Positions 1 through 10,436 of a stretch of 64,000 nt of DNA are shown here, piece by piece. The stretch is from an uncultured Schleiferiaceae bacterium. GTDB lineage: Bacteria > Bacteroidota > Bacteroidia > Flavobacteriales > Schleiferiaceae. The notes below the pieces were generated by a model. That model worked only from the letters and a program-made list of their open reading frames with translations, made no database searches and was not told the origin of the DNA. Position numbers and translations under genes: made by a program. Location of the stretch: positions 5,045-69,044 of the forward strand of contig CBFHHO010000008.1 in the NCBI GenBank assembly GCA_965655695.1. The letters are read 5' to 3'. Each line of letters opens with the position of its first letter. The first letter of the stretch is position 1.

Positions 1-767
1 CAAATACCAAATACAGGCAAACCACTTGCAATACCCTTTGAAACCTCGGCAACAACCTCAGGAGAGGCAGCCGGATCACCAGGGCCATTCGAGTAAAACA
101 AACCGTTCGGGTTCCACGCCATCATCTCCTCTGTACTTGTATTCCAAGGGAAAATCTTTACGCGAGCACCACGCTCAGTCATACAACGAATAATATTCTT
201 TTTGATACCAAGATCTAAGGCTGCAATACGCACATCGCTATCCTCTGGACCTACTTCATAGGCTTCAGTAGTGCTCACTGTCGGAGCAAGAGCCAAACCC
301 TCCATTGAAGGACAATCCGCCAGTTTAGCCTTCAACGCTTCAACATCATGAATCTCAGTACTGATAATCGCATTCATCGCACCCGAATCACGAATGTGAC
401 GGACAAGTGCACGAGTATCGATGTCCTTAATAGCTACTTTGTTCTCTTTCTCAAAGTACCCATACAGACTATCCGACTTCCCACTACGAGAAGCCACCTC
501 ACTAAAGTTCTTTGTAATCAAACCAGCTATCTGGATATGCTCGCTTTCAATCTCCTCAGCATGAACACCGTAGTTTCCAATATGAGCAGTCGCCATAACC
601 ATAAGCTGACCGAAATAAGACGGGTCCGTGAAAATTTCCTGGTACCCTGTCATTCCAGTATTAAAACAGATTTCTCCAAAGGCCGTGCCATCAAGACCCG
701 TCGAAGTACCAAAGAACATGGTACCGTCTGCTAGAAGTAAAACTGCTTTTTTGTTAGTGTCTTTCAT
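1..767 (-). CDS. carA: carbamoyl-phosphate synthase small (glutamine amidotransferase) subunit, 5' portion; 3' end lies beyond the window start
   Basis: Not in the ORF track because there is no stop in the window. The reverse-strand ATG at 767-765 reads MKDTNKKAVLLLADGTMFFGTSTGLDGTAFGEICFNTGMTGYQEIFTDPSYFGQL..., the conserved CPSase small-subunit N-domain. The frame stays open to ...LPVFGIC (GATase nucleophile motif) at base 1. Confidence 0.9.
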   Translation of the reverse strand, partial: MKDTNKKAVLLLADGTMFFGTSTGLDGTAFGEICFNTGMTGYQEIFTDPSYFGQLMVMATAHIGNYGVHAEEIESEHIQIAGLITKNFSEVASRSGKSDSLYGYFEKENKVAIKDIDTRALVRHIRDSGAMNAIISTEIHDVEALKAKLADCPSMEGLALAPTVSTTEAYEVGPEDSDVRIAALDLGIKKNIIRCMTERGARVKIFPWNTSTEEMMAWNPNGLFYSNGPGDPAASPEVVAEVSKGIASGLPVFGI

Positions 768-781
768 CAACCGATTTTTCT

Positions 782-817
782 AAAAAAAAGGGGAAATAGG
801 CCTGTGCCTAATTCCCC
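782..817 (-). terminator. rho-independent terminator after rplQ (end of the ribosomal alpha operon)
   Basis: Minus strand reads ggggaattaggc-acag-gcctatttcccc followed by T8. This is a 12-bp stem with one mismatch, a 4-nt loop and a U tract (plus-strand A run 782-789). Confidence 0.8.
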
Positions 818-861
818 TTCAAGTTACTTAACAATGACCTATTTGGTGCATTAGTGTATTC

Positions 862-1344
862 TTATTCAGCAGATTCTTCTTCTGTTGTTGCTGCAGCCTC
901 AGGAGCAGGAGCTGCTTCCTCAGTTGTAGTCTTCGCACGACGGCTACGACGAGTAGTTTTCTTCTTCTCATCTTTTCCGTAGATATCATTAAAGTCTACA
1001 AGCTCAACCATACACATCTCTGCGTTATCACCCAAACGATTACCAGTCTTGATAATGCGAGTGTAACCACCTGGACGATCACCAACCTTAGGACCAACAA
1101 CAGTAAACAATTCTGTTACTATTTCTTTCTGGCCTAACGCTGCAAACGCCATACGACGGTTGTGAGTAGTGTTTTCTTTTGAACGCGTTACAAGCGGCTC
1201 AACGAACTTACGTAATTCCTTTGCCTTTTGAACAGTCGTTGTAATACGCTTGTGCTCAATCAATGAACCAGCCATGTTACTTAACATCGCTTTTCTGTGC
1301 GCAGTCTTTCTACCGAGGTGGTTAAATTTCTTACCGTGTCTCAT
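862..1344 (-). CDS. rplQ: 50S ribosomal protein L17
   Basis: 160 aa starting [21 protein letters not shown]..., typical of L17. It has an acidic/Ala-Thr-rich C-terminal tail and lies downstream of rpoA. Confidence 0.97.
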   Translation of the reverse strand: MRHGKKFNHLGRKTAHRKAMLSNMAGSLIEHKRITTTVQKAKELRKFVEPLVTRSKENTTHNRRMAFAALGQKEIVTELFTVVGPKVGDRPGGYTRIIKTGNRLGDNAEMCMVELVDFNDIYGKDEKKKTTRRSRRAKTTTEEAAPAPEAAATTEEESAE

Positions 1345-1346
1345 GA

Positions 1347-2339
1347 TTATTCTTTATCGAGCTTGTACTTGGAAATATCCATCCCGAAGCTCAAGTTTTT
1401 ATTTTCTACAAGCTCTTCCAATTCAGTAAGTGACTTCTTACCAAAGTTTCTGAACTTCATTAAATCAGACTTAGAGTAGGTTACCAAGTCTCCTAGTGTA
1501 TCTACCTCTGCAGCTTTCAAACAGTTCAATGCACGAACACTCAAGTCCATGTCATGAAGTCTCGTTTTAAGCAACTGACGCATGTGCAACGCTTCCTCAT
1601 CGTAAGACTCAGTTTCAGATGATTCCTCATCCTCCAAGCTGATGCGCTCATCGCTGAACAACATGAAGTGGTGAATCAAAATCTTCGCTGCCTCGGTCAA
1701 AGCATCTTTCGGGTGGATTGAACCATCAGTTTCAATTTCCAAAACGAGCTTTTCGTAATCCGTCTTTTGCTCTACACGATAGTTTTCAATCGAATACTTA
1801 ACATTCTGGATTGGAGTGTAGATACTGTCAAGAGCAATCGCACCGATCGGAGCATCTGCCTTCTTGTTCTGCTCAGCGCCTACGTAACCACGACCCTTTT
1901 CAATAACTACCTCTAAAGACAAGCTTACGCTTGGATCCATGTTACAGATAACTAAATCAGGGTTGAGCACTTGAAAAGCACTAATGTGAGAAGCGAGGTC
2001 TCCAGCAACCAACTGCTCTTTTCCTGAAACAGAAAACTTAACAGTCTCTGTGTCCATAGAATCGATCTGCTGCTTGAAACGAACTTGCTTCAAGTTCAAA
2101 ACAATCTCAGTTACGTCTTCAACAACGCCTTCAATCGTACTAAACTCGTGATCTACACCTTCAATTCTCAAAGAAGTCAAGGCGAAACCTTCAAGTCCTG
2201 AGAGCAATACTCTACGAAGAGCATTACCGACTGTGAGACCGTAGCCAGGTTCCAAAGGTCTGAACTCGAACTGACCGTTTTTGTCAGTAGAAGCGTTCAT
2301 GATTACTTTATCCGGCTTTTGGAAATTAAGGATAGCCAT
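1347..2339 (-). CDS. rpoA: DNA-directed RNA polymerase alpha subunit
   Basis: 330 aa with the RpoA N-terminal assembly domain ([10 protein letters not shown]) and a C-terminal domain (SVRALNCLK). Canonical position between rpsD and rplQ. Confidence 0.98.
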   Translation of the reverse strand: MAILNFQKPDKVIMNASTDKNGQFEFRPLEPGYGLTVGNALRRVLLSGLEGFALTSLRIEGVDHEFSTIEGVVEDVTEIVLNLKQVRFKQQIDSMDTETVKFSVSGKEQLVAGDLASHISAFQVLNPDLVICNMDPSVSLSLEVVIEKGRGYVGAEQNKKADAPIGAIALDSIYTPIQNVKYSIENYRVEQKTDYEKLVLEIETDGSIHPKDALTEAAKILIHHFMLFSDERISLEDEESSETESYDEEALHMRQLLKTRLHDMDLSVRALNCLKAAEVDTLGDLVTYSKSDLMKFRNFGKKSLTELEELVENKNLSFGMDISKYKLDKE

Positions 2340-2361
2340 ATAAGAGAGTATAAGGTGTTTA

Positions 2362-2967
2362 TTATTTAGAGTACAATTCGACGATCAACTGCTCCTTGAT
2401 GTTCTCAGGAATAGCATCACGTGAAGGTACATTTAGGAATGTTCCTTCCAACTTGCTTTCGTTCCACTCCAACCATGGGAAGTCTGACGACTTAGCTGCC
2501 AAAGCCTCAGCAATAACTACTAAAGACTTAGACTTCTCACGAACACCAATTACATCACCAGGCTTCACTTGCATCGATGGGATGCTAGCCAACTCACCAT
2601 TAAGAGTAATGTGACGGTGTCCTACAAGCTGACGTGCTCCATCACGAGTCTTTCCTAGACCCAAACGGAATACAACGTTGTCAAGACGGCTCTCACAAAG
2701 CTGAAGCAATACATCACCTGTCTTGCCTTTGCTACGAGAAGCTTTATCAAACATGTTCGCGAACTGACGCTCCAAAATACCATAAGTGTATTTTGCCTTT
2801 TGCTTCTCTAGCAATTGTACTGCGTATTCACTTTTCTTTCCACGACGACGAGCATTTCCGTGCTGTCCCGGCGCGTACTTGCGCTTTTCGAAAGAACTAT
2901 CTGGGCCGAAGATCGCCTCACCCATACGACGAGCGATCTTTGTTTTTGGTCCTCTATATCTTGCCAT
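2362..2967 (-). CDS. rpsD: 30S ribosomal protein S4
   Basis: 201 aa starting [17 protein letters not shown]..., with an S4 RNA-binding domain. Operon context supports the call. Confidence 0.98.
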   Translation of the reverse strand: MARYRGPKTKIARRMGEAIFGPDSSFEKRKYAPGQHGNARRRGKKSEYAVQLLEKQKAKYTYGILERQFANMFDKASRSKGKTGDVLLQLCESRLDNVVFRLGLGKTRDGARQLVGHRHITLNGELASIPSMQVKPGDVIGVREKSKSLVVIAEALAAKSSDFPWLEWNESKLEGTFLNVPSRDAIPENIKEQLIVELYSK

Positions 2968-2987
2968 AATACTGTTCTACTATAAAA

Positions 2988-3380
2988 TTATACACGACGT
3001 TTCTTAGGTGCACGACAACCGTTGTGAGGGATTGGAGTGATGTCGATGATCTCAACCACTTCAATTCCTAGGTTGTGTAAAGAGCGAATAGCGCTCTCAC
3101 GTCCATTACCTGGACCCTTTACATACGCCTTCACTTTCTTCAAGCCTGCTTCCAAAGCAACACGACCACAATCCTCAGCTGCCATCTGTGCAGCGTATGG
3201 AGTATTTTTCTTGCTACCACGGAATCCCATTTTACCTGCAGAAGACCAAGAGATAACTTGACCTTGCTGGTTCGTCAATGAAATAATGATATTGTTGAAT
3301 GAAGAACCGATATGTGCCTCGCCCATAGCGTCGATGCGTACTTTGCGCTTCTTCGTCTGCTTCGCTTGTTTCTTAGCCAT
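2988..3380 (-). CDS. rpsK: 30S ribosomal protein S11
   Basis: 130 aa containing ...[14 protein letters not shown]...[13 protein letters not shown], characteristic of S11. Confidence 0.98.
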   Translation of the reverse strand: MAKKQAKQTKKRKVRIDAMGEAHIGSSFNNIIISLTNQQGQVISWSSAGKMGFRGSKKNTPYAAQMAAEDCGRVALEAGLKKVKAYVKGPGNGRESAIRSLHNLGIEVVEIIDITPIPHNGCRAPKKRRV

Positions 3381-3389
3381 AACTAACTA

Positions 3390-3767
3390 TTATTTAGTTG
3401 CCTTTTTCTTGTTAGCAACCGTTTTTCTCTTACCCTTTCTCGTACGAGAGTTATTCTTAGTACGTTGTCCACGAAGTGGGAGACCCACACGGTGACGAAT
3501 ACCACGGTTACAACCGATATCCATCATACGCTTAATGTTCAACTGAGTCTCTGAACGTAACTCACCTTCTACGATATACTCATCAGCGAGTACACCACGA
3601 ATGGTAGTAAGTTGCTCATCAGTCCAGTCTTGAACTTTGATATCTTCATGGATTTTAGCCTTAGCTAAAATTTCTTTCGAACGGCTTAGTCCGACCCCGT
3701 AAATGTACGTCAGGCCAATAACACCACGCTTAGTTCTCGGTAAGTCTACACCTGCAATCCTTGCCAT
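3390..3767 (-). CDS. rpsM: 30S ribosomal protein S13
   Basis: 125 aa starting [14 protein letters not shown]..., the hallmark S13 N-terminus. Confidence 0.98.
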   Translation of the reverse strand: MARIAGVDLPRTKRGVIGLTYIYGVGLSRSKEILAKAKIHEDIKVQDWTDEQLTTIRGVLADEYIVEGELRSETQLNIKRMMDIGCNRGIRHRVGLPLRGQRTKNNSRTRKGKRKTVANKKKATK

Positions 3768-3790
3768 AGTCTTTTTTCTCTAATTATTGG

Positions 3791-3907
3791 TTAACCCTGA
3801 CGTTGCTTGAACTTGGGGTTCTTTTTGTTAATTACATACAAGCGTCCTTTACGACGAACGATCTTACAGTCCGCACTACGCTTCTTTACTGATGCTCTAA
3901 TTTTCAT
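3791..3907 (-). CDS. ykgO: 50S ribosomal protein L36, type B (zinc-independent form)
   Basis: Hand translation (38 aa, below the ORF-track cutoff): [38 protein letters not shown]. It has a single Cys only, so it is the C-minus type. Position between infA and rpsM. Confidence 0.93.
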   Translation of the reverse strand: MKIRASVKKRSADCKIVRRKGRLYVINKKNPKFKQRQG

Positions 3908-3910
3908 TTC

Positions 3911-4126
3911 TTAGTATCTGTACGTTATACGAGCCTTCGATAAATCGTAAGGGCTCATCTCTAGTTTCACTTTATCACCTGGTAGTAGCTTGATGTAGTG
4001 CATTCTCATCTTACCTGAGATGTGTGCAGTTACAACGTGACCATTTTCAAGCTCTACACGAAACATTGCGTTTGACAATGCTTCAGTCACTGTTCCGTCT
4101 TGCTCTATTGCGCTTTGCTTTGCCAT
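3911..4126 (-). CDS. infA: translation initiation factor IF-1
   Basis: 71 aa with an S1-like OB fold: [30 protein letters not shown]... Its start codon overlaps the secY stop (TAATG). Confidence 0.97.
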   Translation of the reverse strand: MAKQSAIEQDGTVTEALSNAMFRVELENGHVVTAHISGKMRMHYIKLLPGDKVKLEMSPYDLSKARITYRY

Positions 4127-5463
4127 TACATCATAGAGCTTTGAGTTCTACCTCTCAACTTACCAGTCTTCATCAAACCGTCATAGTGACGATTTAACAA
4201 GTAACTCTCTACCTGCTGTAGTGTGTCCAAAATAACACCCACTGTAATCAACAATGAAGTACCTCCGTAGAAGTAAGCCCATTGTGTATTCAAACCTACT
4301 ACCATTGCCAAGGCAGGAAGTACTGCGATCAAGGCTAACAGAATAGATCCAGGGAATGTAATTCGGCTCAGTACAGTATCTAAGAACTCGGCAGTAGGTG
4401 CACCAGGCTTGATACCCGGTACGAAACCACCATTGCGCTTTAGATCATCTGCGATAGAGTTGGTATTCACTTGAATTGCCGTGTAGAAATAAGTAAAGAC
4501 AATAATCAAAACAGCAAAGGTAACGTTGTACCAAAGACCTTGAATATTACCCATTACAGACATCAATGAACTTGCAAACTCACCATCGGCGCCACTGTAC
4601 TGAAGTACAGTTACTGGAATGAACATGATCGCTTGAGCAAAGATAATTGGCATTACTCCGGCAGCGTTAACCTTCAAAGGAAGGTACTGACGAGCAGAAG
4701 GAGTCGCCGCACCACCCGCAGCCACTTGCTTGGCATACTGAACTGGAATCTGACGTACAGCCTGAGTAAGAGCTATAGCAAACATGGTTATCACGAACAA
4801 TGCAAAAAGCTCGATAATAAACGCAACCCATCCAGCACCCTGACCTACTTGAGACAACATCTCTTGGAAGAATGCTTGTGGAAGAGTAGCGATGATACCT
4901 ACCATAATAAGTAGAGAGATACCATTACCGATTCCTTTATCTGTAATACGCTCACCTAACCACATTGCGAAAATGGTACCAGTCGTTAGTGTAACCCATG
5001 CCAAAAACCAGAACGTAGCTGGATCTAGGGTTAGAGCAACACCTTGAGCACTAAGGTTGGCCAAATAACTTGGTGCCTGAACACCAGCAATAAGGATCGT
5101 TAGATAACGCGTAATCTGATTCAACTTTCTACGACCACTTTCGCCATCCTTCTGCATTTTTTGAACAGCAGGAACTGCCATCCCCATCAACTGAATGATG
5201 ATCGAAGCAGAGATGTAAGGCATGATACCCAAAGCTAAAACAGAAGCGCGAGAGAACGCACCACCAGTAAAAGCATTAAGTACACCTAAAAGACCTTCGG
5301 AAGTCTGAGCTTGAAGCTGTGAAAGACTTTCTGGATCTACACCAGGTAAAAGTACCGTCGAACCAATTCTGTATATCAGAAGCAGACCCAAAGTTGTAAG
5401 GATCTTATCCTTCAACTCTGAAATACTCCAAATATTTTTTATGGTTTCTAGGAAACGTTTCAT
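4126..5463 (-). CDS. secY: preprotein translocase subunit SecY
   Basis: 445 aa polytopic membrane protein with SecY motifs ([11 protein letters not shown], ...GGTSLLI). Position after rplO. Confidence 0.97.
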   Translation of the reverse strand: MKRFLETIKNIWSISELKDKILTTLGLLLIYRIGSTVLLPGVDPESLSQLQAQTSEGLLGVLNAFTGGAFSRASVLALGIMPYISASIIIQLMGMAVPAVQKMQKDGESGRRKLNQITRYLTILIAGVQAPSYLANLSAQGVALTLDPATFWFLAWVTLTTGTIFAMWLGERITDKGIGNGISLLIMVGIIATLPQAFFQEMLSQVGQGAGWVAFIIELFALFVITMFAIALTQAVRQIPVQYAKQVAAGGAATPSARQYLPLKVNAAGVMPIIFAQAIMFIPVTVLQYSGADGEFASSLMSVMGNIQGLWYNVTFAVLIIVFTYFYTAIQVNTNSIADDLKRNGGFVPGIKPGAPTAEFLDTVLSRITFPGSILLALIAVLPALAMVVGLNTQWAYFYGGTSLLITVGVILDTLQQVESYLLNRHYDGLMKTGKLRGRTQSSMM

Positions 5464-5466
5464 CGA

Positions 5467-5916
5467 TTACAATGTAGTTGCAGTACCACCCTTTGCTTCA
5501 AGAGCCGCGACTGCCGATTTACTAAAAGCATGAGCTGTGATATCTAACTTCATAGTTAGTTCTCCACGTCCCAAGACTTTAACAAGCTCCTTCTTACCTA
5601 CTAGACCATTGCTTACAAGGTCGTCAAAAGTAATTGTAGCATTCAGTTTCTTAGACTCTACAAGAGCCTGAAGCGTATCGAGGTTGAGTCCCTTGTACTC
5701 AACGCGATTAGGATTTGTGAACCCGAACTTAGGAACACGACGTTGAAGTGGCATTTGACCACCTTCAAAACCGATTTTACGGCTGTAACCTGAACGCGAC
5801 TGTGCTCCTTTGTGTCCGCGTGTAGAGGTACCTCCGTGTCCAGAGCCTTCGCCTCTACCTACTCGCTTACGGCTGTGGGTAGCACCCTTCGCAGGTTGAA
5901 GATTTGATAAATCCAT
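5467..5916 (-). CDS. rplO: 50S ribosomal protein L15
   Basis: 149 aa starting MDLSNLQPAKGATHSRKRVGRGEGSGHGGTSTRGHKG..., typical of L15. Confidence 0.97.
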   Translation of the reverse strand: MDLSNLQPAKGATHSRKRVGRGEGSGHGGTSTRGHKGAQSRSGYSRKIGFEGGQMPLQRRVPKFGFTNPNRVEYKGLNLDTLQALVESKKLNATITFDDLVSNGLVGKKELVKVLGRGELTMKLDITAHAFSKSAVAALEAKGGTATTL

Positions 5917-5931
5917 TTTTATCTATTTAAA

Positions 5932-6111
5932 TTAAAGTTCTACAACTTCAACAAGGTGAGACACCTTGCGAACCATACCAAGTATCTGAGGAGTTGCCTC
6001 TACTTCTACGGTTGCGTTAATCTTGCGTAGGCCTAAGGCTACCATAGTAGCTTTTTGACGTGCTGGACGACCAATTACACTACGCTTCTGCGTTAATTTC
6101 AACTTTGCCAT
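5932..6111 (-). CDS. rpmD: 50S ribosomal protein L30
   Basis: Hand translation (59 aa, below the ORF-track cutoff): [59 protein letters not shown]. Lies between rpsE and rplO. Confidence 0.93.
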   Translation of the reverse strand: MAKLKLTQKRSVIGRPARQKATMVALGLRKINATVEVEATPQILGMVRKVSHLVEVVEL

Positions 6112-6124
6112 TATGCTCTACAGA

Positions 6125-6637
6125 TTAACCGTTAAATACTTTGTCGATAGAAATGCCACGAGTAGAGGCAATTTCCTTTACATCACGCATTTTCAACAAA
6201 CAGTCAAAAGTAGCCTTTACCACGTTCTGTGGGTTAGACGACCCCTTACTTTTTGCTAACACATCGTGTACACCGACACTTTCCAATACTGCGCGCATCG
6301 CACCACCGGCAATAACACCGGTACCACTTGATGCAGGACGTAGGAAAACACGAGATCCTGCGAACTTACCGTTCTCTTCGTGTGGAATAGTACCCTTTAC
6401 CAAAGGAACACGGAAAAGGTTCTTTTTTGCGTCCTCAACACCTTTAGCGATTGCTTCACTAACCTCTTTAGACTTACCTGTTCCGTAACCAGCAGTACCA
6501 TTTTCATCACCTACTACAACAATAGCAGAGAAGCTGAAGGTACGACCCCCCTTGTTTACCTTGGTTACACGGTTAACCGCTACTAAGCGATCTACCAATT
6601 CAATACCCGTAGGCTTTACTTTACGTGAGTTATTCAT
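6125..6637 (-). CDS. rpsE: 30S ribosomal protein S5
   Basis: 170 aa containing ...[24 protein letters not shown]..., the S5 dsRBD. Confidence 0.98.
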   Translation of the reverse strand: MNNSRKVKPTGIELVDRLVAVNRVTKVNKGGRTFSFSAIVVVGDENGTAGYGTGKSKEVSEAIAKGVEDAKKNLFRVPLVKGTIPHEENGKFAGSRVFLRPASSGTGVIAGGAMRAVLESVGVHDVLAKSKGSSNPQNVVKATFDCLLKMRDVKEIASTRGISIDKVFNG

Positions 6638-6650
6638 TGTACTCGCCTTT

Positions 6651-7007
6651 TTAGAATTTCAAGCCGCCTTCGCGTGCGCCTTCAGCCAAATGTTTCACAC
6701 GTCCATGGTACAAGTACCCACCGCGATCAAAACAAACTTCTGTTATACCTTTCTCCAAAGCTAGTTTCGCCAAACCCTGACCAACTTGCTTACTCTTATC
6801 ACTTTTAGTACCAGTAGCACTTTCTAAGTCTTTACTTCTTGAAGAGTAAGACAATAGAGTTACTTGATTTACGTCATCGATAAGTTGAGCGTAAATTTCT
6901 TTGTTGCTTCTGAATACAGATAGACGAGGCTTCTGTGCTGTACCGGTAACCACCTTGCGAATTCTTCTGCGAATGCGAAGTCTTCTTTCTGCTTTAGTTA
7001 ATGCCAT
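6651..7007 (-). CDS. rplR: 50S ribosomal protein L18
   Basis: 118 aa with ...[18 protein letters not shown]...[26 protein letters not shown], characteristic of L18. Confidence 0.98.
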   Translation of the reverse strand: MALTKAERRLRIRRRIRKVVTGTAQKPRLSVFRSNKEIYAQLIDDVNQVTLLSYSSRSKDLESATGTKSDKSKQVGQGLAKLALEKGITEVCFDRGGYLYHGRVKHLAEGAREGGLKF

Positions 7008-7017
7008 CTCTTATCTA

Positions 7018-7569
7018 TTATTTAGCTGCAGACTTACCTGCTTTTCTACGGATGTGCTCACCCTGGAATCTAATACCTTTTCCTTTGTAAGGCTCTGGCT
7101 TACGCAATGAACGAACTTTAGCCGTCACCGCACCCAACAATTGCTTGTCGTGTGAACTCAACTTGATCGTTGGTGCCTTACCTTTCTCCATCGTTGTTTC
7201 AATCTTCACTTCCTTAGGAACGTTGATCAAAAAGTTGTGAGAATAACCTAGACTAAGGTCTAAAATTTGACCTTGGTTAGAAGCTCTGTAACCAACACCG
7301 ATCAATTCAAGCGTGTGAGAGTAACCCTCACTAACACCAATAATCATGTTGTTTACAAGCGCACGATAGAGACCGTGTTTTGCCTTGTGCTCTTTTGTAT
7401 CTGACGGACGATCGAACGTAATAATGTTGTCTTCCATCTTTACGGTGATTCCACCGCTTATCTCTTGAGTTAGCTCACCCAATTTACCTTTTACTGCAAC
7501 CAATGAACCTGTTACGGTTACATCAACGCCAGTAGGCACGGCAATGGGGGCTTGACCTATTCTTGACAT
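7018..7569 (-). CDS. rplF: 50S ribosomal protein L6
   Basis: 183 aa starting MSRIGQAPIAVPTGVDVTV..., with ...PEPYKGKGIRF, typical of L6. Confidence 0.98.
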   Translation of the reverse strand: MSRIGQAPIAVPTGVDVTVTGSLVAVKGKLGELTQEISGGITVKMEDNIITFDRPSDTKEHKAKHGLYRALVNNMIIGVSEGYSHTLELIGVGYRASNQGQILDLSLGYSHNFLINVPKEVKIETTMEKGKAPTIKLSSHDKQLLGAVTAKVRSLRKPEPYKGKGIRFQGEHIRRKAGKSAAK

Positions 7570-7579
7570 AATATTTTAC

Positions 7580-7978
7580 TTAGCTGACTGTGCAAAGCAC
7601 CTCGCCGCCGATATTCTCTTTGCGCGCTTGCTTATCAGTCATTAAACCTTTAGATGTACTTACTACAGCAATACCTAATCCGTTCTTTACACGAGGTAAA
7701 GCTGAACCTGAAAGGTATTGACGTAGACCTGGCTTTGAAATACGCTTGATTTCACGGATCGCAGGAATCTTAGTCATCTTGTTATACTTAAGTGCTACCT
7801 TCAATACATTTTGAGGAGCTACTTCTTCTACTTTGAAATCGTGGATGTAACCTTGATCTTTAAGGATCTCAGAGATAGCCACTTTTGTCTTGCTAGAAGG
7901 CATTTCTACCACACGCAAACCAGCCTGTTGGCCGTTACGAATACGGGTTAGAAAATCTGCAATTGGATCTGTATACAT
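7580..7978 (-). CDS. rpsH: 30S ribosomal protein S8
   Basis: 132 aa starting [16 protein letters not shown]..., the S8 hallmark. Confidence 0.98.
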   Translation of the reverse strand: MYTDPIADFLTRIRNGQQAGLRVVEMPSSKTKVAISEILKDQGYIHDFKVEEVAPQNVLKVALKYNKMTKIPAIREIKRISKPGLRQYLSGSALPRVKNGLGIAVVSTSKGLMTDKQARKENIGGEVLCTVS

Positions 7979-7997
7979 AATATCTTCTACTCTAAAA

Positions 7998-8267
7998 TTA
8001 CCAACTTGCTTTCTTCACTCCTGGGATCAGACCCTGGTTCGCCATTTCACGGAATGTTACACGTGAAAGTCCGAACTGACGCATGTATCCACGAGGACGG
8101 CCAGTTAGTTTACAACGGTTTCTACCACGTACTGGCGAAGCGTTTTTTGGAAGCTTCTGCAAGCCTTCATAATCACCCGCAGCTTTGAGTGCCTCACGCT
8201 TGTCAGCGTATTTAGCAGCTAGCTTTGCGCGCTTGACCTCACGGGCCTTCATTGATTCTTTAGCCAT
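7998..8267 (-). CDS. rpsN: 30S ribosomal protein S14 (long, zinc-independent form)
   Basis: The ORF track extends to 8297. I use the internal ATG at 8267 ([20 protein letters not shown]...), which gives 89 aa and avoids overlap with rplE, whose stop is at 8275. Confidence 0.93.
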   Translation of the reverse strand: MAKESMKAREVKRAKLAAKYADKREALKAAGDYEGLQKLPKNASPVRGRNRCKLTGRPRGYMRQFGLSRVTFREMANQGLIPGVKKASW

Positions 8268-8274
8268 TGTATAA

Positions 8275-8823
8275 TTACTTTTTAAATGGTAAACCAAATG
8301 CTGTTAATAATGCCTTTGCTTCCTTATCAGTTGGAGCAGAGGTTACGAATGTGATGTCCATACCAGTGATACGATTCACTTTGTCAATGTCAATCTCCGG
8401 AAAGATGATCTGCTCAGTAATACCGAACGTGTAGTTTCCACGACCATCAAAACCAGAAGCCTTGATTCCTTGGAAATCACGAATACGTGGCAGTGCCGCA
8501 CTTACCAAACGGTCTAAGAATTCGTACATCTGATCTCCACGCAACGTAACACGTGCACCGATAGGCATACCTTTACGTAGTTTGAAGTTTGCAACGTCCT
8601 TCTTTGATTTTGTTGGTACTGCTTTCTGACCCGTAATCGTTGTCATCTCAGCGATCGCTTGATCGACCAATTTCTTGTCTGCAACAGCTTCACCAATACC
8701 TTGGCTAACTACGATTTTCTCGAGTTTAGGAACCATCATAATGTTAGCGTAGTTGAATTCTTCTTTCAACTTCGCGATGATTTCCTCGCTGTACTTAGTT
8801 TTAAATCTAGGTGTCATATTCAT
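8275..8823 (-). CDS. rplE: 50S ribosomal protein L5
   Basis: 182 aa containing ...[20 protein letters not shown]...[13 protein letters not shown], typical of L5. Confidence 0.98.
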   Translation of the reverse strand: MNMTPRFKTKYSEEIIAKLKEEFNYANIMMVPKLEKIVVSQGIGEAVADKKLVDQAIAEMTTITGQKAVPTKSKKDVANFKLRKGMPIGARVTLRGDQMYEFLDRLVSAALPRIRDFQGIKASGFDGRGNYTFGITEQIIFPEIDIDKVNRITGMDITFVTSAPTDKEAKALLTAFGLPFKK

Positions 8824-9143
8824 TATGATAAAACCTCACCGGATTTTTTAGCGTAACGAACTACGTTACCGTTATCATCCAATTTTCTACCTACACGAGT
8901 CGCTTCGTTTGTTGAAGGATCGATCAATGCCACGTTTGAAATGTGGATTGGCGCTTCCATCTCTACGATACCGCCTTGTGGGCTTGCTGCGCTAGGCTTC
9001 TGGTGCTTCTTAATCATGTTCACACCTTCAACTACAACGCGATTCATCTTAGGGATGACGCGAACTATACGACCAGTTGAGCCTTTGCTCTCACCAGCCA
9101 ATACCTTCACAGTATCTCCCTTTTTTACTTTAAACTTTGCCAT
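8823..9143 (-). CDS. rplX: 50S ribosomal protein L24
   Basis: 106 aa with a KOW motif: [26 protein letters not shown]. Confidence 0.97.
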   Translation of the reverse strand: MAKFKVKKGDTVKVLAGESKGSTGRIVRVIPKMNRVVVEGVNMIKKHQKPSAASPQGGIVEMEAPIHISNVALIDPSTNEATRVGRKLDDNGNVVRYAKKSGEVLS

Positions 9144-9164
9144 CTTAATGGATTGTCGTTAAGA

Positions 9165-9533
9165 TTACAGAACCTCAGGTGCGAGTGAAACGATCTTCAT
9201 GAATTGTCTGTCACGTAGCTCACGAGCTACAGGACCGAATACACGAGTTCCTTTCATGTCACCACCTGTGTTCAATAATACACATGCGTTATCGTCGAAA
9301 CGGATGTATGAACCATCCGGACGACGTACTTCTTTCTTTACACGAACAACTACTGCCGTGGAAACTTGACCCTTCTTAACACTACCTGCAGGAGTTGCAT
9401 CCTTTACAGTAACGACGATCTTGTCTCCGACACTAGCGTATCTTCTCTTCGTACCACCCAATACACGAATGACCAAAACTTCCTTGGCTCCTGTATTGTC
9501 TGCTACTCTTAATCTTGATTCTGTCTGTACCAT
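9165..9533 (-). CDS. rplN: 50S ribosomal protein L14
   Basis: 122 aa starting [27 protein letters not shown]..., the L14 hallmark. Confidence 0.98.
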   Translation of the reverse strand: MVQTESRLRVADNTGAKEVLVIRVLGGTKRRYASVGDKIVVTVKDATPAGSVKKGQVSTAVVVRVKKEVRRPDGSYIRFDDNACVLLNTGGDMKGTRVFGPVARELRDRQFMKIVSLAPEVL

Positions 9534-9535
9534 GA

Positions 9536-9796
9536 TTACTTAGCTCTTTCGATAACTTCAACCAATCTCCAGTTCTTAGTCTTGGACAGTGGACGAGTTT
9601 CCATAATTCTTACTGTATCCCCTATGTTACAGTCGTTAGCTTCGTCGTGAGCATGAAATTTGCTCGTGAACTTCACAAACTTCCCGTACATCGGGTGCTT
9701 TACTTTGCGCTCGACACGTACCACAATAGACTTATCCATCTTATTGCTTGATACTACACCGACACGCTCTTTACGCAAGTTTCTTGTGTTTTCCAT
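9536..9796 (-). CDS. rpsQ: 30S ribosomal protein S17
   Basis: 86 aa containing ...[31 protein letters not shown]..., typical of S17. Confidence 0.97.
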   Translation of the reverse strand: MENTRNLRKERVGVVSSNKMDKSIVVRVERKVKHPMYGKFVKFTSKFHAHDEANDCNIGDTVRIMETRPLSKTKNWRLVEVIERAK

Positions 9797-9803
9797 GATA
9801 CTC

Positions 9804-9998
9804 TTATTCTTCAGTTGAGCGAGTACTCAATTCTGTGCTCAAACGAGCAATTGTTTTTCTAGCCTCACGAATCGTTAATGGATTCTCCAAAGGACTTAAG
9901 CTATGAGTAAGCTTAAGACTTGTGTAGCTGGCTTTCTCTTCAGCCAAACGCGCTGCCAAATCAGCAGTCGTCAATTCTTTAATCTCGTTGTACTTCAT
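9804..9998 (-). CDS. rpmC: 50S ribosomal protein L29
   Basis: 64 aa helical protein lying between rplP and rpsQ. Confidence 0.95.
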   Translation of the reverse strand: MKYNEIKELTTADLAARLAEEKASYTSLKLTHSLSPLENPLTIREARKTIARLSTELSTRSTEE

Positions 9999-10008
9999 GA
10001 CTCTTAGG

Positions 10009-10428
10009 TTAGTCTTGTAAATCTCTACGAATTACAAACTTGGTACGTACCGGTAACTTCTGAGCAGCTAGACGCAAAGCTTCTTGCGCTACCTCAAAAG
10101 GAATACCATCGATTTCGAACATGATACGACCTGGTTTAACAACTGCAGCGTAATATTCTACACCACCTTTTCCCTTACCCATACGTACCTCTAGAGGCTT
10201 CTTCGTGATAGGCTTGTCTGGGAAAATACGAATCCACATCTGACCTTCACGTTTCATGTAACGGGTTGCTGCAACACGAGCAGCTTCAATCTGACGGGCG
10301 GTAATCCACTTTGAATCCAAAGATTTCAATCCGTAAGATCCGAAGCTCAACTCCGCTCCACGCTGAGAATTGCCCTTCATTTTGCCTTTAAAGACCTTTC
10401 TATGCTTTGTGCGTTTTGGCTGTAACAT
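10009..10428 (-). CDS. rplP: 50S ribosomal protein L16
   Basis: 139 aa starting [19 protein letters not shown]..., the L16 hallmark. Confidence 0.98.
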   Translation of the reverse strand: MLQPKRTKHRKVFKGKMKGNSQRGAELSFGSYGLKSLDSKWITARQIEAARVAATRYMKREGQMWIRIFPDKPITKKPLEVRMGKGKGGVEYYAAVVKPGRIMFEIDGIPFEVAQEALRLAAQKLPVRTKFVIRRDLQD

Positions 10429-10436
10429 CTCTAATC

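Noticed and set aside
675-690. TGGCACGGCCTTTGGA on the minus strand, an exact 16-mer copy of the sigma-54-like element at 36837-36822
   Set aside because: It lies inside carA and encodes the conserved DGTAFGE segment. One such hit in 128 kb of two-strand sequence is about what chance predicts. I do not count it as a promoter, and it is a reminder that the motif can arise by chance.
348-734. 128-aa plus-strand ORF from the ORF track
   Set aside because: It lies entirely antisense to a clearly conserved carA reading frame (minus strand, 1-767) and has no recognisable motif. I treat it as a shadow ORF.
4124-4128. Absence of map and adk between secY and infA, considered as a possible deletion
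   Set aside because: secY and infA are cleanly coupled (TAATG) with no remnant sequence. As far as I recall, this compact order is normal for Flavobacteriia.
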